DNA of 37,021 nucleotides from Gemmatimonadota bacterium (lineage in GTDB: Bacteria > Gemmatimonadota > Gemmatimonadetes > Longimicrobiales > RSA9). The stretch spans positions 1-37,021 of the forward strand of contig JBBDRO010000025.1 in the NCBI GenBank assembly GCA_040905425.1. Reading direction: 5' to 3'. Position numbers and translations under genes: made by a program. The notes under the pieces were generated by a model. That model saw only the letters and a program-made list of their open reading frames with translations, was not told where the DNA came from and did not search any database. Position 1 is the first letter of the stretch, and every line of letters begins with the position of its first letter. This document shows, piece by piece, positions 25,240-32,376 of this stretch.

Positions 25240-26730
25240 TTGGGGTGGACAATCAGGCTGCGGGATCTCCCGCTCCGAACCAAGCTGGCCATTACGGTGC
25301 TGGGCGTGGCCGTGGCCGTCCTCGGCGTCTTCACCCAGGTGTCCTTCCGCTACTGGAAGAGTGAGGCGCTGGCCGCCGCCGAGCAGCAGGCCCTGCTGGC
25401 GGGGCACTCGGCCCGCAGCCTGATCCAGACGGCGCTCCTGCAGGGCCGCTACGAGCAGGCCCACCGCAGCCTGCGCCGCCTGGTGGAGGACGCGCCCATC
25501 ACCCACGCGCGCGTGTGGACCGCCGATGGCACGATCCTGCTTTCCTCGCACGCCGAAGAGGAGGGCACGCGCCTGCCGGGAGTGTGGATTCCCCGCCGTG
25601 GGGACGTCCCTGCGGAGGGCAGCGTGCACGGCGGGGAGGATGGGGATGCCGTACGCGCCTTCTTCCCCGTGGACGGCGGCGCGGCGGCGCTCTTCGAAGT
25701 GGGCTTCTCGGTGGCCACAGTGCGCACCGCCATGGATCGTGGGGCACGCCTGGGACTGGGCCTCACCGCCGGCTCCCTGCTGGCCATCACGGTCATCCTC
25801 TTCACGCTGTTCGAGCGCGAAGTGGTGGCACCCATCGAGCGCATGCACGGGCTGCTCTCCGGGGTAGCCGTGAACGCGCCGGAACCGCTTCCCGAGCGGC
25901 CTCCCTCCCGGCGCACCAATGAGATGGGCCGCCTGGAGGCCTCGGTGGCGCACCTGGTGGAGCAGGAGCAGGCCGTGCGCCGGCTGGCACAGGAGCAGGG
26001 CCGCATGCTGCAGGAACAGCAGGGGCTGGCCGAGGTGGGGGAACTGGCCGCGGAAATGGCCCACGAATTCAAGCGGCCGCTGGCCTCCATCCGCTCCGCC
26101 CTGGAGGTGCTGGAGCAGGAGTACGTGCTGGAGGATCGGGCCCAGACGCTGCTCGGCGCTGTGGACGGCCAGCTCGAGAAGCTGAGTGAGACCATGCGCG
26201 ATCTGTTTGCCCTGGCCAAGCCGGTGGAGCTGGAGAGCCGGCCCGTGGACGTGGCTGACGTCCTGGATGACGCCCTCTCGCAGTTGGCCGTCCTGCCCGC
26301 GGCCTCGAACATCCAGGTCGAGCGCGTCTACGATCGCGGAGCGCCGCCCGTGGAGGGTGACCGGCGCCGCCTTGAGCAGGCGTTCGGCAATGTCCTGCTG
26401 AACGCGGTCGAGGCCATGGCGGAGGAGGGAGGCTCCCTCGTGCTGGGCACCACCCACACCAACGGCATGGTGGTGGTGGAGGTGACCGATACGGGCCCCG
26501 GCATACCCCCGGAAACGGTCGAGAAGACACTCCTGCCCTTCTACTCCACGAAGCCGTCCGGCACCGGCCTGGGGCTGCCTCTGGTGGCGCGCATCGTGGC
26601 CGCGCACGGTGGCACGCTGGCCATCGACGGGTCGCGCGGGCAGGGCACCCGCGTGCGCATCGGCCTGCCGGTGACCGCGGCGGTGCGCCATTCCAGCCAG
26701 GAGGGGGCATGGCCGACGCACGCATCCTGA
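25240..26730 (+). CDS. Two-TM sensor histidine kinase (NtrB/AtoS-like)
   Basis: H box MAHEFKRPL, N box NVLLNAVEA, G1 DTGPGI, F PFYSTK, G2 GTGLGL; GGAGGAGG RBS plus TTG. Confidence 0.93.
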   Translation: MGWTIRLRDLPLRTKLAITVLGVAVAVLGVFTQVSFRYWKSEALAAAEQQALLAGHSARSLIQTALLQGRYEQAHRSLRRLVEDAPITHARVWTADGTILLSSHAEEEGTRLPGVWIPRRGDVPAEGSVHGGEDGDAVRAFFPVDGGAAALFEVGFSVATVRTAMDRGARLGLGLTAGSLLAITVILFTLFEREVVAPIERMHGLLSGVAVNAPEPLPERPPSRRTNEMGRLEASVAHLVEQEQAVRRLAQEQGRMLQEQQGLAEVGELAAEMAHEFKRPLASIRSALEVLEQEYVLEDRAQTLLGAVDGQLEKLSETMRDLFALAKPVELESRPVDVADVLDDALSQLAVLPAASNIQVERVYDRGAPPVEGDRRRLEQAFGNVLLNAVEAMAEEGGSLVLGTTHTNGMVVVEVTDTGPGIPPETVEKTLLPFYSTKPSGTGLGLPLVARIVAAHGGTLAIDGSRGQGTRVRIGLPVTAAVRHSSQEGAWPTHAS

Positions 26731-28070
26731 TCCTCGAGGATGACGCCCTGCTGCATGCCATCCTGGTGGAGCGGCTGGAGCGGTCGGGCTATGAGGTTGC
26801 GGCCGCCACGACGCTGGCGGAGGCACGAGCGCTGGCGCGGGAGCACGGTCCCGACCTGGCCCTGCTGGACGTGAAGCTGCCCGATGGGGAGGGCACGGAG
26901 CTGCTCGAGGAACTGTCGGGGGAGGGAGACGTGGCGTGCGTCATGATGACGGCCCACGCCACGGTGGAGTCCGCGGTCGAGGCGCTCCGCCTGGGCGCCA
27001 TCGACTACCTGGAAAAGCCCTTCTCATTTGATCGGCTGGACGCCACGCTGGCCCGCACCATGGAGTTGACAGCGCTGCGTCGGGAGGTGCGGGAGCATCG
27101 AGAGCGCGGCGGACTGCCGGCCGGCTTCGTGGGCGAGAGTGACGCCATGCGGGAGGTGGTGCGGCTGGTGGAGCGGGTGGCGCCCGCCGGCAACACCACG
27201 GTTCTCGTGCAGGGTGAGACGGGCACCGGCAAGGGTGTGGTGGCGCGCCTGGTCCACGAGCTGAGCAAGCGGAGCGGTGGACCCTACCTGGCCGTGACGT
27301 GCTCCGCCCTGGCCGAGACGCTCATGGAATCCGAGCTCTTCGGGCACGAGAAGGGGGCGTTCACCGATGCCCGCACCATGAAGCGGGGCCTGGTGGAGCT
27401 GGCCGAAGCCGGCACGCTCTTCCTGGACGAAATCGGTGAGCTGTCCCTGCGCCTGCAGTCCAAGCTGCTGCAGTTCATCGAGGACCGCACTTTCCGCCGC
27501 GTGGGCGGCACACGGGACCTCTCGGTGGACGCGCGCATCGTGGCCGCCACCAACCGGGATCTGGAAGCGGAGGTACGCGCGGGCAATTTTCGCGAGGATC
27601 TCTTCTACCGGTTGAGCGCTTTTCCCGTTCGCATCCCTCCCCTGCGGGAGCGCAGGAGTGACGTGGCGCCGCTGGCGCGCCATTTCGTGGACACCTTCAA
27701 TCGGGAGTTCGGCAGGCAGATCCGCACCATCGCGCCGGAGACCATGGAGCTGCTGGAGCGGCACGGCTGGCCGGGCAACGTCCGCGAACTGCGCAACGTC
27801 ATCGAGCGCAGCGTGCTGCTCGCCGACGGGCCGGTGCTGGAAGCCGCCATGCTGCCGCCCGAGCTGCGCGGCCAGGACACCGGACGCTCCCTCCTGCCCG
27901 AACTCGAGCTGGGCCCGGAGGGTGTGGACCTGGAGCGGCTCGAGCGTCAGCTCGTGGAGGAGGCCCTGCGCCAGGCGGAAGGCAATCGGACGGAAGCGGG
28001 CCGGCTGCTGGGGTTGAGCCGCCACCAGGTGCGCAATCGCCTGAAGAAGCACGGGCTGGGGGACGAATGA
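26709..28070 (+). CDS. Sigma54-dependent response regulator (NtrC/AtoC family: REC-AAA+-Fis HTH)
   Basis: ILEDD, LLDVKLPD, GETGTGK, ESELFGHEKGAFTDA, LFLDEIG, WPGNVRELRN, C-terminal HTH. Confidence 0.96.
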   Translation: MADARILILEDDALLHAILVERLERSGYEVAAATTLAEARALAREHGPDLALLDVKLPDGEGTELLEELSGEGDVACVMMTAHATVESAVEALRLGAIDYLEKPFSFDRLDATLARTMELTALRREVREHRERGGLPAGFVGESDAMREVVRLVERVAPAGNTTVLVQGETGTGKGVVARLVHELSKRSGGPYLAVTCSALAETLMESELFGHEKGAFTDARTMKRGLVELAEAGTLFLDEIGELSLRLQSKLLQFIEDRTFRRVGGTRDLSVDARIVAATNRDLEAEVRAGNFREDLFYRLSAFPVRIPPLRERRSDVAPLARHFVDTFNREFGRQIRTIAPETMELLERHGWPGNVRELRNVIERSVLLADGPVLEAAMLPPELRGQDTGRSLLPELELGPEGVDLERLERQLVEEALRQAEGNRTEAGRLLGLSRHQVRNRLKKHGLGDE

Positions 28071-29269
28071 GGGGGCCTTGGCAGGATCGACGGCAGCGCG
28101 CGCTGCTGATGGCGTTGGGTCTGGCCCTGTCGGCAACGGCGGCCTTTGCCCAGGAGCCGGGCTGTGTGCGCTGCCACGGAGAGCTGGAGCTGCTGCGCCA
28201 GCACGTGCCGTCGCTGGCCGCGGCGCGGGCACTGCTCGTACGGAGTGACACGCTGGCGGCTTCCGCGCATGGCGCCATGACCTGTGCCGAGTGCCACACG
28301 GGCTATCAGCGCTTTCCACACCCTGAGGCGGGCACCAGCACGGCGGGCTGCGCTTCCTGCCACACCGCGGCGGACGCCGCGTGGCAGGAGGGCGTGCACG
28401 CCGGCGCCGCGGATGGCCAGGCGGTGGCGTGCGCCGCCTGCCATGGCATCCATGACGTGGCACCAGCGGCGGCGGTGGCGGCGGCCAGCACCGATCCGGC
28501 CCGCGACGTGGTGGTGGCGCGCTGCGTGGCGTGCCATTCCACCGACGACCTGCCGGAGGGAAATCCGCATCGCGGGCAGGTGGCCTGTACCGCCTGCCAT
28601 GCCCATCACGCCACGCGCCCGCCCATGGAGCCGAGCTCGCAACTGGCCCCCGCCGCCCAGGCCGCCACCTGCGGCGCGTGCCACGCGGAGCAGGCGTTGC
28701 TCTGGAGCGCGGACGTGCACGGCAGCGGCGTCCTGAGCGGCACACGCGCCCCGGGCGGGCGGCGCGGCGCGGCCTGCACCGACTGCCACGGCGCCCACGA
28801 CATGGCCGACCCCGGCGAGCGCGGTTATGCCGCCGCGACGGTGGATGAATGCGCGGCCTGCCACGAGCATGGCGCCCGCACGTACTACGATTCCTACCAC
28901 GGCAAGGCGGCCCGGCTGGGGTCCGCCGTGGCGGCCACATGCGCGCAGTGCCACGGCGCACACGGCATCCTGCCGGCCGCGGAGCCCGCCTCCACCGTGG
29001 CGGCAGCCAATCTGGTGGAGACGTGCGGTGCCTGCCACGCGCACGCCCGCCCGGCGTTCGTGCAGTATGACACTCATCCCGACCCCTTCAACCGGGATCG
29101 CAATCCCTACATCCATGGCGCGTTCTGGTTCATGAACAGCTTGCTCGTGTTCGTCCTGGTGGTGTTCGGCGCGCACACGCTGCTCTGGTGGATCCGCATC
29201 GAGCTCGACAAGCGCCGCGGCGTGGGGCACGGCGCTCACGACGGCCACGGCGGAGAGGCGGCGCCATGA
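28067..29269 (+). CDS. 11-heme cytochrome c with C-terminal TM anchor (CbcL c-domain-like)
   Basis: Signal peptide (AFA|Q), 11 CxxCH, YHGKA...CHGAHGILP...NLVETCGACH, C-terminal TM containing His; ATGA overlaps at both ends. Confidence 0.9.
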   Translation: MRGPWQDRRQRALLMALGLALSATAAFAQEPGCVRCHGELELLRQHVPSLAAARALLVRSDTLAASAHGAMTCAECHTGYQRFPHPEAGTSTAGCASCHTAADAAWQEGVHAGAADGQAVACAACHGIHDVAPAAAVAAASTDPARDVVVARCVACHSTDDLPEGNPHRGQVACTACHAHHATRPPMEPSSQLAPAAQAATCGACHAEQALLWSADVHGSGVLSGTRAPGGRRGAACTDCHGAHDMADPGERGYAAATVDECAACHEHGARTYYDSYHGKAARLGSAVAATCAQCHGAHGILPAAEPASTVAAANLVETCGACHAHARPAFVQYDTHPDPFNRDRNPYIHGAFWFMNSLLVFVLVVFGAHTLLWWIRIELDKRRGVGHGAHDGHGGEAAP

Positions 29270-30135
29270 GTGTTCCCCTGGATTCCGCGCAGCGCGGCAG
29301 CGGCCCCTATGTCTGGCGCTTCAACCTGTTCCACAGGTGGACGCACGGCTTTGCCATGCTGTCCTTCTACGTGCTCATCCTGACGGGGCTGCCACTGCGT
29401 TTCTCCTGCGCCCCGTTTTCGGCGCCGCTCGTCCGCTTCTGGGGTGGTGTGGAGCGGGCCGGGCTGATCCACCGCTGGGCGGCGGCCTTCATGGTGGCCT
29501 ACACGCTGATCCACATCGTCTACATGATCCGCAAGGTGTGGCGGGCGCAGGACCGCCGGAGGCTCCTGTGGGGCTCCGATTCCATGGTTCCGCATCCGCA
29601 GGACGCGCGCGACTTCATGCAGCAGTTCAAATGGTATTTCGGGAAGGGGTCGAAGCCCGCCTTCGGGCGTTACGGCTACCTGGAAAAGCTGGACTACTTT
29701 GGTGAAGTCTGGGGCTTCGTCATCATCGGAGGTACCGGGTTCGTGCTGTGGTTCCCCGAGTTCTTCGGGGCCTGGCTACCGGGTTGGATCTTCAACGTGG
29801 CCACGATCTTCCACGGTTACGAGGCGCTCATCGCCGCAGCCTTCCTCTTCACCATCCACTTCTTCAATGTCCATCTGCGCCCGGACAAATTTCCGCTGGA
29901 CGCGGTGATGTTCACTGGCCGCGGTACGCTGGAATACCTGAAGGAGGAGCACCCCGCCATGGCGGCGGAACTGGAGGCGGGGGCCGTGGGCCCCGAAAGC
30001 CGGCGCGCCGTCCACGACATGCGGGCGCCGGCGCCATCGAAGCGGCTCACCATGGTGGGCACCGTGCTGGGATTCGTGGCATGGGGTATCGGACTCGCAA
30101 CCATCGGGATGATCCTGTGGGCCGTCTTCTGCTGA
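29266..30135 (+). CDS. Di-heme cytochrome b subunit (FdnI/HydC-like, CbcL b-domain-like), 289 aa
   Basis: RFNLFHRWTH, LTGLP, IHRW, YLEKLDY, IFHGYEA, IHFFNVHLRP, EEHP. Confidence 0.88.
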   Translation: MSVPLDSAQRGSGPYVWRFNLFHRWTHGFAMLSFYVLILTGLPLRFSCAPFSAPLVRFWGGVERAGLIHRWAAAFMVAYTLIHIVYMIRKVWRAQDRRRLLWGSDSMVPHPQDARDFMQQFKWYFGKGSKPAFGRYGYLEKLDYFGEVWGFVIIGGTGFVLWFPEFFGAWLPGWIFNVATIFHGYEALIAAAFLFTIHFFNVHLRPDKFPLDAVMFTGRGTLEYLKEEHPAMAAELEAGAVGPESRRAVHDMRAPAPSKRLTMVGTVLGFVAWGIGLATIGMILWAVFC

Positions 30136-31514
30136 TCGGCGGGGCGCTGGCCCTGATGGCGTGTGGGGGAAGCGAGAGCGGGACCCCGCCCGCGACATCC
30201 GGGATTTTGGACGCGGAGGAAAGTGCGTACGGGGTGCCCCCCGGGGACGCCTTCGCCGCGGCCCACGCCGAACTGTCGTGCGCCGTGTGCCACCAGGGCG
30301 GGAGTGCCGACGCGGGGCGTTCCGCCGTGCCGCGGGAGGCCTGCACGAGCTGCCATGAGGACGTGGGACCGGCGGTGGTCTCCATCGGCACCGTGACGTT
30401 CGGCCACCGGGAGCACGGGGGGGATGACGTGCCACTCACCTGCGCCGGCTGCCACACCCACGAAAGCTGGCCTGCCCCGCTCACGGCCGGCGTGGACGCG
30501 TGCGCGCTGTGCCATGCCGGCCAGCTCACCGGGGAGGAGCCCGACGCCTGCCGCACGTGCCACACGCAGCCGCAGCACGTGACGCTCACGAGCCAGGGGC
30601 TGCCGGTGCCCCATAGCACGCTGCCATGGGTGGAGACCGGCTGTATCCGCTGCCACTATGACGTGGCCGAGCCCACGACCACGGTGTCCGCAGCGCGCTG
30701 CGCCGCCTGTCACGACGATGCCGGGACCGTGGCGGAGCGCAGCATCGGTGAGAACCTGCATCCCGTGCACGCGGGCGTCACCTGTACCGCCTGCCATGAG
30801 GCTGGCAGCCATCACGTGCGCGCGCTCAGCTCGGCGGTGGCGCTGGTGTGTACGGACTGCCACCAGCTCGCGCACGGGCAGGCGCTGGAGGGACCGCTGG
30901 CCGGGTCCACCACCTGCGCCGCGTGTCACGGCACCGTCCACCAGGCGCAGCAACGATTGCTCCTGGGGCTCTTCGACGGCGCCCAGGCCGCGCCCAGTGC
31001 CAAGTTCCTGGCGGGGATCACCTGCCGCTCCTGCCACGTGCCGGCGCCGGCGGATGGGCCGGAGGACGCCGTGCGGGGGCAGGCCACGACCTGCCAGGCG
31101 TGCCACACGGAGGAGTACGGACAGGTCCTGGATTGGTGGCTGAGCGGTATACGGGAGCGCACCCGCGTCGTGGACCGCTACGTGGCGGACGCGGGCCGTG
31201 TGCTGGCCGCCGGGGCGTCGGCGGAGGCCGTGCGGCACCTGGACGCCGCGCGCTCCATGGTGGGGCTGGTCCGCGAGGCTGGCGGTCAGCACAACCTGGA
31301 ACTGGCCGACCGGCTGCTGCGCAGCGCTCTGGAGCGGACCGCCGATGCCTACATGGCCAGCGGCCGGGCTCCGCCGTCTCCGCCGGCGCTCGGCACCAGG
31401 CCCCATGCCGGGCTGTGCACGTACTGCCATTACGGGCCGGACGAACCCTGGGACTATTCGCGCATGCCGGCCGATTTCCACGAACGGGTGCTCGGCGGCG
31501 GGGAGGGGGGGTGA
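30117..31514 (+). CDS. 13-heme c-type cytochrome lipoprotein
   Basis: Lipobox LMAC, 13 CxxCH, helical segment with GQHN between hemes 12 and 13; start uncertain (30117 GTG or 30081 ATG). Confidence 0.88.
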   Translation: MGRLLLIGGALALMACGGSESGTPPATSGILDAEESAYGVPPGDAFAAAHAELSCAVCHQGGSADAGRSAVPREACTSCHEDVGPAVVSIGTVTFGHREHGGDDVPLTCAGCHTHESWPAPLTAGVDACALCHAGQLTGEEPDACRTCHTQPQHVTLTSQGLPVPHSTLPWVETGCIRCHYDVAEPTTTVSAARCAACHDDAGTVAERSIGENLHPVHAGVTCTACHEAGSHHVRALSSAVALVCTDCHQLAHGQALEGPLAGSTTCAACHGTVHQAQQRLLLGLFDGAQAAPSAKFLAGITCRSCHVPAPADGPEDAVRGQATTCQACHTEEYGQVLDWWLSGIRERTRVVDRYVADAGRVLAAGASAEAVRHLDAARSMVGLVREAGGQHNLELADRLLRSALERTADAYMASGRAPPSPPALGTRPHAGLCTYCHYGPDEPWDYSRMPADFHERVLGGGEGG

Positions 31515-31516
31515 CC

Positions 31517-31780
31517 ATGAAACAGCATGCCGACGAAATTCAGCAGTGGGCGCCGCGGCGGGCCACCGCGCCTCCAGCCGCGGCGCCTGAGGGCCAGGCC
31601 CGGCCGCTACTGGAACGGGCGGCCGAGGAGGGGTGGGCCATGCGCGACCTCGAGCGGGCCTACATCCTCCATCTCCTTGCCCGCCACGGCGGGCATCGGG
31701 GCCGGACGGCGGAGGCGCTCGGCATCGATCGCCGGACGCTCTACCGGAAGCTCAAGGAGTACGAGTCGGACGACGGTTGA
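31517..31780 (+). CDS. Stand-alone Fis-type helix-turn-helix protein, 87 aa
   Basis: LERAYILHLLARHGGHRGRTAEALGIDRRTLYRKLKEY; GGAGG RBS; 2 nt after upstream stop. Confidence 0.85.
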   Translation: MKQHADEIQQWAPRRATAPPAAAPEGQARPLLERAAEEGWAMRDLERAYILHLLARHGGHRGRTAEALGIDRRTLYRKLKEYESDDG

Positions 31781-31787
31781 GCCGACC

Positions 31788-32176
31788 TCAGAGCACGGGG
31801 CGGCCGATGGCCAGGATGCCCAGCACCACGAGCGCCAGCGTGCCCAGGGTGCCGGCGCCAACCACAAGGCCGAACGTCGCGCGGCCGTGCTCTGGCGCGA
31901 GGCAATGACCGCCACGTGCCCCACCGCCACCGCCACGAGCATGGTCATGACGTGCCCGAAGAGCTGCGGATAGAAGCCGCGCATGAAGAGCACGATGAGG
32001 CCCAGCACGATCTGCAGGTCCAGCATGCCCACGAACGACGCGCCCAGGATCCGCCCGGCGCGCCCGGGCATAGCGCCCCGCGCCAGGGCCACGAGTCCCC
32101 ATACGGCGGCCAGTACGCCCAGCAGCAGCACCAGGTAGCGGATGCCCGAGTGGGCCTGGAACATGAGGTTGAACAT
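31788..32176 (-). CDS. Small 4-TM membrane protein with an apparent frameshift near 31851-31900
   Basis: GGAGG RBS, ATG 32176, AHSGIRYLVL...GHVMTML; the last TM (GTLGTLALVVLGILAIGRPVL*) lies in another frame. Confidence 0.7.
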
Positions 32177-32376
32177 CACGGCCTCCATGGGCCATCCGTC
32201 GGCCCCATCCGGATTCGTGCTATGCCCGCACCGCGGCGGGCAGCGGTCCATTCCCAACGCTGGCGATCGTGGCTGCGGCGGGCTATTCTAAGGCCCTCAG
32301 CCTACAACCCCAGAGCCATTCCCGATACCGGGGTCGCCCGCTGGTGACCACCGAGCGCCGTGAACAGGAGCCTTCC

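Noticed and set aside
17356..31514. Many proteins ending in GG/GGG as ubiquitin-like or Pup-like modifiers
   Set aside because: They are large exported proteins, none ends GGE/GGQ, and Gly tails are explained by high GC and overlapping RBS sequences
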